Counted from the first letter of the stretch, positions 29,850 to 39,700 are shown. The stretch is 64,000 nt of DNA from Candidatus Cloacimonadales bacterium (GCA_963663475.2 CAXXJV010000001.1:2208001-2272000); one strand, 5' to 3'. Translations and numbers: made by a program. The notes: generated by a model from the letters alone, not told the origin.

Positions 29850-30706
29850 TATATTATGCTGTCTTTTCTTTTAATCTTTCTATAGGAAGAATTTACATAT
29901 TTGCTAGGATTTAAAATTCGTTTGTTACGTCTTACTTCAAAATGTAAATGAACTCCAGTTGTAACTCCCGTTGATCCCATCTCCCCTATTACTTGACCTG
30001 ATTTAACAATAGTTCCAGGTTTAACATAGCTAGAATTAAGATGGGCATATTTAGTTTCATATCCTTTGGCATGCTTAATTGTTACATATCTGCCATACTT
30101 GGAATCCCAAGATGATTTAGTAACTACTCCATCACCAGTTGCGTAAATAGGAGTACCTAAATCATTAGCAATATCAAGGCCTCGGTGAAAGATTCTCCTT
30201 TTATAGACAGGATGTTTTCTATAACCAAAAGCAGATGTCAAAACTCCAAAGGTTGGACTAATATGAGGTTCTTCATTTAAAGAATTAACATAAAAATCGT
30301 AATTACCATGAGCTAGTTCATTAAATAATACAATAGCCCTAGTTTTCTCTTTAAGGGAAGATATTAATCTGTAACTGTGGTATGTATCAATCTTGCCTTT
30401 ACTATTAATTTGAATCAATTGATTCCAGGTTAGAATTGAATCAGGATAAGTTAACTCATATTCACCTTTATCATACAATTGATAAAACTGGTTTATAGAA
30501 TCTAAAGAAGTTTGAACGTTCTCAATTATTTCTTGGTTAAGGATAGTAAGAGAATCAATCTTATTCTCAAGACTAGAGTAATTCTCTAATTTATCTTTAT
30601 TATCTATAATATACTTAACCGAAATAACTGAAAAACCAATACTTATCAATATAAGTACTAGCATTATGTAAAAGTATTTTATAGAAATTTTATTTTTAAT
30701 TATCAT
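29849..30706 (-). CDS. M23 family metallopeptidase with N-terminal membrane anchor
   Basis: HRGLD, YAHL and HLHFEV motifs. Confidence 0.9.
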   Translation of the reverse strand: MIIKNKISIKYFYIMLVLILISIGFSVISVKYIIDNKDKLENYSSLENKIDSLTILNQEIIENVQTSLDSINQFYQLYDKGEYELTYPDSILTWNQLIQINSKGKIDTYHSYRLISSLKEKTRAIVLFNELAHGNYDFYVNSLNEEPHISPTFGVLTSAFGYRKHPVYKRRIFHRGLDIANDLGTPIYATGDGVVTKSSWDSKYGRYVTIKHAKGYETKYAHLNSSYVKPGTIVKSGQVIGEMGSTGVTTGVHLHFEVRRNKRILNPSKYVNSSYRKIKRKDSII

Positions 30707-30905
30707 CTTATTATCTCATTATAATTTAATATTTTAATTCATTAGACAATAAAAAGACTATTTGATATGAGTCAAGAATTTTTTTATCTTAAACAAAATT
30801 TACCTCTTATGAAGTTGATTTTATTTGTTAAAAATAAATATTTCTTGACACTTTATACACTTAATACAAAATTTAAATAAATTATGTTTAGGAGATTAAA
30901 GAATT

Positions 30906-31376
30906 ATGAAGAAATTTTTATTGTTAATTGCTATTACAAGCCTTCTATTATTTGCTTGCGGGAAAAAAGAAGCTGCTGTTGAAGAAACCCCAGTTGCTGA
31001 AGAAACACCAGTTGTAGAAAAAGTTGTATCAATGAACTTTACTGTTCAAGGTCAAGGCGAAGTTGCCAAAAAACTTATAGAAGAAGCTGTGATGAATGTT
31101 CAAGGTGTTACTGCTGCAAATTGGGATATGGATAAAAAAACTATTAAAATTAGTGGTACAAATGAAGTTGTATGGGAAGAAGTTCATAAAGCAATAGCAG
31201 CTGCTGGTTTTGATACTACAGAAATGAAAGCTAGTGATGAAGCTTATGAAGCATTACCAGACGAAGCAAAATACCGTAAAGAAATTACTAAGAAGAATGC
31301 TAATTTAAAAGAGAAAGAATCAAACACAAATACTAAAGGAAATAGAATTAAAGCTAAAAGACAAAAAGCAGAATAA
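30906..31376 (+). CDS. Lipoprotein with a heavy-metal-associated (HMA)-like domain lacking cysteines
   Basis: Lipobox LFAC; FTVQG...VQGVTAANWD...HKAIAAAGFDT...LPDEAKYR resembles Bacteroidota-type HMA domains. Confidence 0.7.
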   Translation: MKKFLLLIAITSLLLFACGKKEAAVEETPVAEETPVVEKVVSMNFTVQGQGEVAKKLIEEAVMNVQGVTAANWDMDKKTIKISGTNEVVWEEVHKAIAAAGFDTTEMKASDEAYEALPDEAKYRKEITKKNANLKEKESNTNTKGNRIKAKRQKAE

Positions 31377-31398
31377 TTCTAAATAAATTTTAACTTAT

Positions 31399-31429
31399 GG
31401 CGTTACCTATTTTTGTAACGCCTTTCTTT
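31399..31429 (+). terminator. Intrinsic terminator
   Basis: GGCGTTAC / GTAACGCC stem followed by TTTCTTT. Confidence 0.7.
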
Positions 31430-31475
31430 ATACTCACAAATTTTTTTTTCTATATCTCCCTTATCCTTTCCTTGT

Positions 31476-31534
31476 CCTTCCTTTACGGTCTTTCGATGAA
31501 AAGCGGACTTTCATCGAAAGACTGTAAAGGAAGG
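31476..31534. repeat. Long palindrome P, copy 1 (26-bp arms, 7-nt loop)
   Basis: CCTTCCTTTACGGTCTTTCGATGAAA-AGCGGAC-TTTCATCGAAAGACTGTAAAGGAAGG; near-identical to 56331-56401. Confidence 0.9.
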
Positions 31535-31586
31535 GGAATGGATGAAAAGGTAAGACTAGCTATTGAATTCCCCAAAATTAGGATTA

Positions 31587-31817
31587 ACCCATATAGTTCT
31601 GTAAGGCTCAAGTTCAAGTCTGGTGGGAGTAATATAGGAAAATGAAAATATTTTATTACTATATTGATTCATCAAAAGTCCCTGAAAGGGATAAAATAAT
31701 TTAGCCCAGGGTAAGATGCTGACTTGTGAAGGCGTAGCTTTAGCGAAGACTCAAAGTATCGCAACCCTGGGTAATGATGGCAACCCAAAGATATTACCCT
31801 GTAAGGGTTTAATAAAA
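31587..31817 (+). repeat. REP-like element (CCCTGAAAGGG / CCCAGGG-CCCTGGG hairpins) with a conserved flank
   Basis: 31603-31817 is the reverse complement of 56590-56774 apart from substitutions and a 31-bp insert; it begins with TTA-ACCCATATAGT, resembling the MITE terminus. Confidence 0.85.
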
Positions 31818-31849
31818 GGATTAAAATAAGTCTATTGTAGAAAATAGTT

Positions 31850-33166
31850 CTATCTTTCTAAAAGCATATAATTTTCAATATGATAAGTATTGGGAAACAT
31901 ATCAAAAGGAATAATCTTTTTCACCTTGAAGCCAGCTAGGAGAAAATCATCAACATCACGTTTTTGGGTTCCTGGGTTACATGATAGGTAGATAATTTTT
32001 TTGATTGAGCTTTCTTTAATAAGAGATCTAATATTGCTTTCTAAGCCTTTTCTTGGTGGATCAAAAACAATTGTATCTATCTTATGATTAGCTATAATAT
32101 TGGCAAAATTATCTTCTAGTTTATCATTTATAGCCTGAATATTTTTAGCTTTATTAAGTTTAATATTAAACTGGGCATCTTGACTGGCCCATTTGTTACT
32201 TTCAACTGAAATAAGGGAAGCTGCTTTATCAGCCAGGAAAAGTCCAATAGTTGATACACCACTATAGGCATCTAAGACATTACTATTTGCAGATATATCA
32301 TCTTTAATCTGCTGGTAGATAATTTCCGTAAGCTGTCTATTAACTTGGAAAAAAGATTGGTAATGAATTTTATATCGTTTATTCGCTATTTCATCAATAA
32401 AATGGTCTTGTCCATACAATATTTTTTCATAATCACCTAATATTTTATTAGTGTTACTTTTATTAATGTTTTGAATTATTGATACAATATTAGGGAATTT
32501 TGTGGTTAGACTAGCAACAAGAGTATTAGTAAAGGCAAGTTTACTCTTGTTGGTAACGATAATAAGTATGACTTGGTTCTGAGAATTAACTCTTAAACCA
32601 ATATGTCTAATATTTCCCTTTTTTAATTTTTCATTATAAGCTGTTTCTTTGACACTTGTTAGGTGATTACATACTTCTTGAGCTATATCCAGTAGGAGGG
32701 GACTTACCAGCTGGCAATCCTTAGCTGAAACTACTGAATGGGATAGATTCTTAAACATTCCAAAAGTAATTTTGTCATTGGAGCTCGTAACAGGAAAGAA
32801 AACTTTATTCCGGTAATTAAACTGACTAGGCGAGCCTATAGTATCACTAATAATATCTGTATATGAAGGGAAGATATCTTGGATAACTTGTTTTTTAAAA
32901 ACACACTGATTTGCATAAGGAATATCTAAAGAATTACACCCTCCGCATTCTTTGAATACAGGACAAGGAGATTCTACCCTTTCAACTCCATAATGACTAA
33001 ATTTTACTGGCAGGCCTTTAAAATAATCTTTTTTCTCAGAAAGAACTTTCGCATCAAGAACATCCCCAGGATAGGTAAAGGGAAGGAAGATTTTTTTGCC
33101 TTGGTAAGTACCTAAGCCAAAACCTTTGAAGATCACTTTATCGATTTTAATATTTTTTAGTATCAT
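31850..33166 (-). CDS. rlmD: 23S rRNA (uracil-1939-C5) methyltransferase
   Basis: TRAM domain, CPVFKECGGC, YRNK, SFFQVN, DPPRKG, YLSCNP and DMFPNT motifs. Confidence 0.92.
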   Translation of the reverse strand: MILKNIKIDKVIFKGFGLGTYQGKKIFLPFTYPGDVLDAKVLSEKKDYFKGLPVKFSHYGVERVESPCPVFKECGGCNSLDIPYANQCVFKKQVIQDIFPSYTDIISDTIGSPSQFNYRNKVFFPVTSSNDKITFGMFKNLSHSVVSAKDCQLVSPLLLDIAQEVCNHLTSVKETAYNEKLKKGNIRHIGLRVNSQNQVILIIVTNKSKLAFTNTLVASLTTKFPNIVSIIQNINKSNTNKILGDYEKILYGQDHFIDEIANKRYKIHYQSFFQVNRQLTEIIYQQIKDDISANSNVLDAYSGVSTIGLFLADKAASLISVESNKWASQDAQFNIKLNKAKNIQAINDKLEDNFANIIANHKIDTIVFDPPRKGLESNIRSLIKESSIKKIIYLSCNPGTQKRDVDDFLLAGFKVKKIIPFDMFPNTYHIENYMLLER

Positions 33167-33876
33167 AGTTTTCCTAGTATTGCCATTAATCTAAGTCTCC
33201 AGACTTTCCAAATAGCCTCAATTACAATGTTTTTGGACATTTTAGATTTGCCATCTCTTCTTTCATAAAAAATAATAGGAATTTCTTTTACCCTATATCC
33301 CCTATGATAAACGCGGTAGTTCATTTCTACTTGGAATGAATAGCCATCAGAAATAATAGAATCAAGATCTATCTTTTCTAAGATAGATCTTCTGAAACAT
33401 TTAAAACCACCAGTAGGATCATCTATCTTCATTCCTGTTATAACCTTTACATAAAAGGAAGCTAAATAGCTTAAAATTAAACGAGACATAGGCCAGTTTA
33501 CTACATTTACCCCAGAAACATATCTGGAACCAATAACTAAATCATGGTCTTGAATCTCGGATAAAAGACGGGGCACATCATCAGGATTATGTGAAAAGTC
33601 AGCATCCATTTCGATAACATAATCAAACCTATTTTGTATGGCAAATTTAAAGCCTTCTACATAGGCTGTTCCTAAACCAAGCTTACCTTTACGCTCGATC
33701 AAATGAAGTCGATCTGTTTCTTTCATTATATCAAGGACGACTTTTCCTGTCCCATCAGGAGAATTATCATCAACAATAAGGATTTCGATCGAATTATCTT
33801 GGGGTAAAACACTTTCAATAATTCGTTTAATATTATCTATTTCATTATAAGTTGGTATGATTACTAAACTTTTCAC
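33163..33876 (-). CDS. Polyprenol monophosphomannose synthase (GT2, DPM1-like)
   Basis: IPTYNE, VDDNSPDGT, MDADFSH and GYSFQVEM motifs; GTG start. Confidence 0.9.
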   Translation of the reverse strand: MKSLVIIPTYNEIDNIKRIIESVLPQDNSIEILIVDDNSPDGTGKVVLDIMKETDRLHLIERKGKLGLGTAYVEGFKFAIQNRFDYVIEMDADFSHNPDDVPRLLSEIQDHDLVIGSRYVSGVNVVNWPMSRLILSYLASFYVKVITGMKIDDPTGGFKCFRRSILEKIDLDSIISDGYSFQVEMNYRVYHRGYRVKEIPIIFYERRDGKSKMSKNIVIEAIWKVWRLRLMAILGKL

Positions 33877-33895
33877 AGAACCCTCTAAAATTTAT

Positions 33896-34648
33896 TTATT
33901 TGTCTAAATTATTTTCTAATTTTTGTTTTTCTGGAACATCTTTAAATTTTCTAGCTGGACAACCAGCATAAATTGCAGCTTGAGAAAGATCTTTAGTTAC
34001 AAGACTTCCAGCTGCTACAGTAGCATCAGTATGGATAACTTTACCAGGTAGGATAGTAACATTAACCCCTAATCTAGAACCTGTTTTGAGAGTTACACCC
34101 TTAAAGTGATTAAACCTCTCCTTATCCCTTGCCATATAATTATCATTACTAGTTGCCACACAGGGAGCAACAAAACAATAATCTTCTACTTGTGAATAAG
34201 CAGTGATATAGGCATTAGTCTCAAATTTATTTCTATTACCAATCTTTGTAAAGTTTTCAATAGTTACATTTCTACCAATAATATTTAAATCACCAATAAC
34301 TACATCTTCTCTAATAGTTGCTAGATCAGCTATTAAATTATTAGAACCAATTGTAGCCTGTACGTATATAACTACATTTGCACCAATTTGACACATATCT
34401 CCTATGACAGAAGCTTCCATGTTATCTTTCACTTTGAATATTGATCTAGGTGATGATAAAGGTCTTTTACCTATGATAACATTATCATCTATTCTAACAT
34501 GGCTACCTATTTTACTGTTTGGATATATTACAACGTTATTAGCGATTTGACAACCATCACCAATAACAACATTATCCATAATTACAACATTAAAACCAAT
34601 TTTAACATCTTTTCCAATTAAAGCACTCTCTGCTATATGTTGATTCAT
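33896..34648 (-). CDS. Hexapeptide-repeat (left-handed beta-helix) acyltransferase, sugar N-acetyltransferase-like
   Basis: Multiple [IV]GxxxxI repeats and C-terminal AAGSLVTKD...GCPAR. Confidence 0.85.
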   Translation of the reverse strand: MNQHIAESALIGKDVKIGFNVVIMDNVVIGDGCQIANNVVIYPNSKIGSHVRIDDNVIIGKRPLSSPRSIFKVKDNMEASVIGDMCQIGANVVIYVQATIGSNNLIADLATIREDVVIGDLNIIGRNVTIENFTKIGNRNKFETNAYITAYSQVEDYCFVAPCVATSNDNYMARDKERFNHFKGVTLKTGSRLGVNVTILPGKVIHTDATVAAGSLVTKDLSQAAIYAGCPARKFKDVPEKQKLENNLDK

Positions 34649-34723
34649 TTGCTACCTCAAAATTATTTTTCTCAGAATTTACTCTTGTGTTTTTTTGGCA
34701 AGAAAAAATATCTATTAATGAAA

Positions 34724-35260
34724 TTATTTAACCAATTTTGATATTTGACGAAATTTAGGATGTTCAGCAGTTACCATTATCTCAAATAAAAGCATTTCGG
34801 TTGTTAAGATTTGAACTCCTAGATTGCCTAATCTTGTTAGGGCATAGAGTTTGTTATCAACATGTCTAGATGATACTGCATCTGCAACGATACCTACATT
34901 TAATCCCTTTGCTAAGAGATCAAGAGTTGTTTGGGTTAGGCATACATGAGTTTCAACTCCATATATAACAACATTTTTTATTGATTTAGTTTCTATATAT
35001 TCTTGTACTTGAGGTAGGAAAGACGAAAATTGTTTCTTTTCCAGAATATCTGTTGCTGTAGGAATATAAATAGCTTCCATTGTCTTACCCAAACCCTTAG
35101 GATACTGTTCTGTAACAATTAAAGGAATACCAAGTATTTCTGCTCCTTTGTTGAGAATATTAGTATTTTTTACAACTTCATCTATCCCAAAAATTACATT
35201 TTCAAACTTTTCTTGAATATCAATCATCAAAAAAAGAGTATTATTTTCTGTAAAAATCAT
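34724..35260 (-). CDS. Isochorismatase family hydrolase
   Basis: IDIQEK, TEQYPKGLG, GVETHVC and DAVSSR motifs. Confidence 0.9.
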   Translation of the reverse strand: MIFTENNTLFLMIDIQEKFENVIFGIDEVVKNTNILNKGAEILGIPLIVTEQYPKGLGKTMEAIYIPTATDILEKKQFSSFLPQVQEYIETKSIKNVVIYGVETHVCLTQTTLDLLAKGLNVGIVADAVSSRHVDNKLYALTRLGNLGVQILTTEMLLFEIMVTAEHPKFRQISKLVK

Positions 35261-35317
35261 TATTCCTCCATTATTTTATTGACTTTTATACAAACAGCTT
35301 TATCTTGACAACTAAAT

Positions 35318-37060
35318 ATGACAAGTTTTTTTTTAGAAAAGATTGATGGGGTAAGAATGTATAATTTAAGTGAGAATGAAAAAATCAACAGTGTTTTGAA
35401 TGATGTAGTTAATAGAGTGAATAAATTGGCTGAAGAACAATTAGATCACATCAATAGACTTTCAAATATTGGATTAGCCCTTTCTCAAGAAAGAGATGCG
35501 GATAAGATTTTTGATTTAATTATTGAAGAGGCATTAGCCTATACCAATGCCGATGCTGCAACCATATATTCAGTATCAGATGATAAGAAGTTTCTTAACT
35601 TTGAAGTTATGCAGACTAAATCAAAGAATCTTCGAGCTGGAGGTTCTTTTGGTCCTATACTTCTACCTCCAGTACCATTATACAAAGATGATAAATCCCC
35701 AAACCTTTCTAATATGGCTTCATGTGTTTTTCATTCTAAAGAAATGTTAAATATTGAAGATTGTTATGATGAAAATAGATTTGATTTTTCTGGAACTAAG
35801 GCCTGGGATAAGTCTAACAATTACAGTTCAAAATCTATGTTAGCAATTCCATTAAAGAATTATGAAGATGAAATTTTGGGTATTATTCAGATTATTAACG
35901 CTCTTGATACACATACTTCTGAAATAATTACTTTCAAAAAAGAATCTATAGTTATGGTTCAATCTTTAGCTTCTCAAGCAGCTATTACCTTCACCAATAG
36001 GCAACTGATAAAATCTTTAGAAAAACTATTCAAGCAGTTTATTAAAGCAATTGCTTTAGCTATAGATAGGAAATCAAAGGATACTGGTGGCCATATTGCT
36101 AGAGTAGCTATTATTTCAAAGCTGATGGCCAAAAAAATCAATGAAATAGATTTTGGACATTTTAAAGACTTTTCATTCACCGATGATGAACTTGATGAAC
36201 TCTCAGTTGCTTCTTGGCTACATGATGTAGGTAAGATTGCAACTCCTGATAATGTTATGAACAAAGCTTCTAAGCTGGAAAGAATTACTAATGGCCTGGA
36301 AATTATAGACTTAAGACTTGATACAATTTATTCTCTATATAATCAAGAAGCCTATGTGAAAAAAGCATTCGCAAGTAAAGAAAACTTCGATTATTTACAA
36401 ACTTCTCCCCCATCTTGGGAGCTTTATCGTGAAGAAATTTTCCAACAATTAACAGAAGATTATAGCTTTTTAAAAGCTACAAATTTAGGTGGAGAATTTC
36501 TTAGTGATGATAAAATAGCTAGGATTGATAGAATAAGTAATTTTACATACCAGGTTAGAGAAGAAAAGAAGTTTTTAATTAATTCTTTAGAGAATGAGAA
36601 TTTGAAGATCAAAAGAGGGACCTTGAATGATCAAGAACGACAGATTATGAACAATCATGTTAAGTACACTTATGAAATTCTAAATCAGTTAACTTATCCT
36701 AAGAAATTTAAAAATGTTACCCTTTTTGCTTCTTCTCATCATGAACGTCTCGATGGTTCGGGCCACCCTTGGGGATTTACTGAAGAACAGTTACCTATGC
36801 AATCGAGAATCCTAGCAATCTCTGATATTTTTGAAGCTTTAACAGCTCCAGATAGACCTTATAAAAAAGGGAAAAAGCTATCAGAAGCCATGAACATCCT
36901 GATGTATAATGTTCTAGATAATCATATCGATAAAGATCTTTTTGAATTTCTTTTAGATTCAGGACTTTATAAAGAATATGCTGAGAAGTATGTCCCTGCT
37001 ATCCAAATTGATGAAGTAGATATAGAAACAATAAAAAAGAAGATACAAAAAAATGATTAG
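35318..37060 (+). CDS. GAF plus HD-GYP domain phosphohydrolase (cyclic dinucleotide phosphodiesterase family)
   Basis: GAF segment FDFSGT...SKSMLAIPL; TGGH, LHDVGKI, HHERLDGSGHP and DIFEALTAPDRPYK; true start may be 35357. Confidence 0.9.
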   Translation: MTSFFLEKIDGVRMYNLSENEKINSVLNDVVNRVNKLAEEQLDHINRLSNIGLALSQERDADKIFDLIIEEALAYTNADAATIYSVSDDKKFLNFEVMQTKSKNLRAGGSFGPILLPPVPLYKDDKSPNLSNMASCVFHSKEMLNIEDCYDENRFDFSGTKAWDKSNNYSSKSMLAIPLKNYEDEILGIIQIINALDTHTSEIITFKKESIVMVQSLASQAAITFTNRQLIKSLEKLFKQFIKAIALAIDRKSKDTGGHIARVAIISKLMAKKINEIDFGHFKDFSFTDDELDELSVASWLHDVGKIATPDNVMNKASKLERITNGLEIIDLRLDTIYSLYNQEAYVKKAFASKENFDYLQTSPPSWELYREEIFQQLTEDYSFLKATNLGGEFLSDDKIARIDRISNFTYQVREEKKFLINSLENENLKIKRGTLNDQERQIMNNHVKYTYEILNQLTYPKKFKNVTLFASSHHERLDGSGHPWGFTEEQLPMQSRILAISDIFEALTAPDRPYKKGKKLSEAMNILMYNVLDNHIDKDLFEFLLDSGLYKEYAEKYVPAIQIDEVDIETIKKKIQKND

Positions 37061-37811
37061 TAAAAATAGATTAAAAGAAATTAAAAAACTAACCCAGAAA
37101 AAATATAGAAATGCTTCTTCAGAGATTCTGGTAGAAGGTAAAAGAATTATTTCTCAAATTATCAATAATGGTTTTATACCTGAACATGTCTTTATTAATG
37201 AGGACAATAAACAAGATAAGAACATTCTTGATAAAAATCTGAGGAAAATAATCGAATATGTTGCTCCCCATGTGATTTCACAATTAACAGAAACTAAGTC
37301 TCCTCAAGATATAGTAGCCCTGTTCAAAAAGCCATTCCATAAGCTACCTACAAAAGGTAACTTTCTTTATTTAGATAATTTAAGAGACCCTGGTAACATG
37401 GGAACTATCTTCAGAACTGCCTTAGCTTTTGATATTGATGGAATCTTGATCTCTCCTGATTCTTGTGAAGTATATAGTCCAAAGGTAATTAGAGCATCTC
37501 TAGGTGCTATTTATAGTATGCCTTTTAAGGTTATTCAACTTGAGGAATTTGAAATAGAAAAATGTGATATATTTTCTACTGAACTTGGAGGATGCCCTAT
37601 AAATGATATTGAAAATTTTCAAGAAAATATGATTATAGTTGTCGGTAATGAAGCAGAAGGTGTTTCTTCTCATATAAGCCAGCTGGCAAGTCAGATTGTT
37701 ACAATACCAATATCTAATAAAATGGAGTCTTTAAATGCTTCAGTAGCTACAAGTATTTGTCTTTACACTCTGATGAGGAATAAATATGGAAATAACTTCC
37801 TTAACAGATAA
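37053..37811 (+). CDS. TrmH/SpoU family RNA methyltransferase
   Basis: DPGNMGTIFR, GNEAEG and ESLNAS motifs. Confidence 0.92.
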   Translation: MISKNRLKEIKKLTQKKYRNASSEILVEGKRIISQIINNGFIPEHVFINEDNKQDKNILDKNLRKIIEYVAPHVISQLTETKSPQDIVALFKKPFHKLPTKGNFLYLDNLRDPGNMGTIFRTALAFDIDGILISPDSCEVYSPKVIRASLGAIYSMPFKVIQLEEFEIEKCDIFSTELGGCPINDIENFQENMIIVVGNEAEGVSSHISQLASQIVTIPISNKMESLNASVATSICLYTLMRNKYGNNFLNR

Positions 37812-38742
37812 GAAATTCTGGTTAGCCCCCTTAGCAGGTTATACTGATAAAACTTTTCGCACAATAGCAAAAGAATGTGGTGCAGATGTAATTGTATCGG
37901 AAATGGTTTCTGCTGATGGACTATATTATAACTATGATAACTCTATTATTTATGCCCTATTTGAAGAAGATCAACGCCCTTTTGGAGTTCAGTTGTTTGG
38001 CTCAGATCCTCAAATGATGGCTAAAGGAGCAGAGATAATTAGCTCAATTAATCCTGATTTCATTGATATAAACATGGGTTGTCCTGTTAAGAAAGTAGTA
38101 AATAGAATGGCAGGTTCTGCCTTGATGAAAGATATTGATTTGGCCTGTAGAATAACAGAAGCTGTTAAAGAAGTTGCTCTCAAACATAAGCTCTTAGTAA
38201 CAACTAAATTTCGCTCAGGTTGGGATTTAGAACATATAAATTTCTTACAATATGGTAAAGCTTTGGAGAATGCAGGCTCTGATGCTTTAATTCTCCATCC
38301 TAGAACTCGATCTCAAATGTTTTCAGGACACAGTAATTGGCAACATATAAAAGAGTTAAAAGATGAGGTCAAGATACCGGTAGTAGGTAATGGAGATATT
38401 AATAGTATCGAAGATGCCAGAGAAATGTTTCAGCTTACTGATTGTGATAGTATCATGATTGGGCGGGGTGCTTTAGGTAAACCTTGGGTTTTTCAAGAAA
38501 TTAAAGACTATTATCAGGGCAAAATAAGTCATATTGATAAACATAAGATAATTTTGGCACATTATAACTTGACTTTAAAAAATGCTGGACCAGATAAGCA
38601 AGAACATGCTATCTTAGAAATGAGATCACATTTTAACTATTATTCCAAAGGCTTAAGAGGTGGGTCTCAGCTGAGAGATAAGATTAATCATACAAAAGAT
38701 CCTGCTGAGATATTTGACATAATAAATGAATTAAATTTTTAA
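37786..38742 (+). CDS. dusB: tRNA-dihydrouridine synthase B
   Basis: LAPLAG, DINMGCP, HPRTR, GNGDI and MIGRGALGKPW motifs. Confidence 0.92.
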   Translation: MEITSLTDKKFWLAPLAGYTDKTFRTIAKECGADVIVSEMVSADGLYYNYDNSIIYALFEEDQRPFGVQLFGSDPQMMAKGAEIISSINPDFIDINMGCPVKKVVNRMAGSALMKDIDLACRITEAVKEVALKHKLLVTTKFRSGWDLEHINFLQYGKALENAGSDALILHPRTRSQMFSGHSNWQHIKELKDEVKIPVVGNGDINSIEDAREMFQLTDCDSIMIGRGALGKPWVFQEIKDYYQGKISHIDKHKIILAHYNLTLKNAGPDKQEHAILEMRSHFNYYSKGLRGGSQLRDKINHTKDPAEIFDIINELNF

Positions 38743-38770
38743 TAATAATAAAACTTTTTAAGGAGTTTGC

Positions 38771-39526
38771 ATGCGTTGTAGACATTGTAATACACAAATA
38801 AATAATAGTGATATCTATTGTCCTAAATGTAGAAAAAAAACACAAAGTATTAAGGAAAACTTTTTGATTTGGAATACCTTTAAGGAAAGTTATGAAGAGG
38901 TAAAAGATCCTAAGAACTATAGCTTTAAATTTAATTTATTCTTTGCTATAATTACTTTCATTTTTATAACAATCCTTAGTCTTCATTATTCAATCTTTAA
39001 TTATGCAAATGATTGGATAAGATATTTAGTAGAAAATTCTATTTATCTAATATTTGTTCCCCTTCTTATAGTACCCTTTGGTATTCAGAATGTTATTATG
39101 GAGATAGGCTACGGGAAAGAATTAAACAAGTATATTGTTAAACTTCTTCCTAAATATTATCTCTTTGTCTTTATTAATATTTTAATCTTTGCCTTGTTTA
39201 AGTTTATTTGCATTGGGGATTCTGTGCTTACTCTAATAAGACCTATTTTAGTCCTTTGGTGGCTAGCTGTACTGCTTCCTATGCCTGTTATGCTAACCAA
39301 GTACTCGAAATCTATGTATAAGCTATTTCGTTTATCATTAAAGGGATTTGAAGATTTGAGATGGCAACTCTTTTTCGGTTATCTTTTAATTCTAGCAATT
39401 AATATCTTAATGATAATTCCTGTTTTCTTAGGATATTTAAGATATGGAGCCCTTCCCTATCATGCAATAAATAAGTATGTCGAAAAAGTAGATGAAAATG
39501 AAGTTCTAGATGATTATCTAACCTAA
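38771..39526 (+). CDS. Zinc-ribbon integral membrane protein
   Basis: N-terminal CRHC...CPKC followed by about five hydrophobic helices. Confidence 0.75.
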   Translation: MRCRHCNTQINNSDIYCPKCRKKTQSIKENFLIWNTFKESYEEVKDPKNYSFKFNLFFAIITFIFITILSLHYSIFNYANDWIRYLVENSIYLIFVPLLIVPFGIQNVIMEIGYGKELNKYIVKLLPKYYLFVFINILIFALFKFICIGDSVLTLIRPILVLWWLAVLLPMPVMLTKYSKSMYKLFRLSLKGFEDLRWQLFFGYLLILAINILMIIPVFLGYLRYGALPYHAINKYVEKVDENEVLDDYLT

Positions 39527-39548
39527 AGCTCTACTACACTATCTGGGT
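39525..39548 (+). mobile_element. Solo right terminus of the MITE family
   Basis: AAAGCTCTACTACACTATCTGGGT followed by TTA, nearly identical to the right end of copy C. Confidence 0.55.
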
Positions 39549-39550
39549 TT

Positions 39551-39586
39551 AAAAGAGAAATATAATTCATTTCATATTTCTCTTTT
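39551..39586. terminator. Probable terminator
   Basis: AAAAGAGAAATAT / ATATTTCTCTTTT inverted repeat. Confidence 0.6.
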
Positions 39587-39665
39587 ATTTTTGCCAACTT
39601 TTAAGTAAGTTCAGGTTTTTTCTCGTTTATTTTTGCCGACATTCCCTACATTACAAGGGTAAAAT

Positions 39666-39690
39666 AAAAAGAGGTACTTTAAAGTACCTC
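39666..39690 (-). terminator. Terminator downstream of tRNA-Ser
   Basis: GAGGTACT-TTAA-AGTACCTC hairpin followed by a T run on the minus strand. Confidence 0.75.
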
Positions 39691-39700
39691 ATAAAATATT

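Noticed and set aside
31397-31645. 82-aa ORF
   Set aside because: It runs through a terminator, palindrome P and the repeat element; there is no SD and no protein motif.
36740-36775. GHP instead of GYP in the HD-GYP protein
   Set aside because: It is a single substitution in a variable position with the metal-ligand motifs intact, so it is not evidence of a new function.
39527-39700. Possible integrated element at tRNA-Ser
   Set aside because: No integrase or duplicated tRNA 3' end was found, and the flanking genes look like ordinary chromosomal genes.
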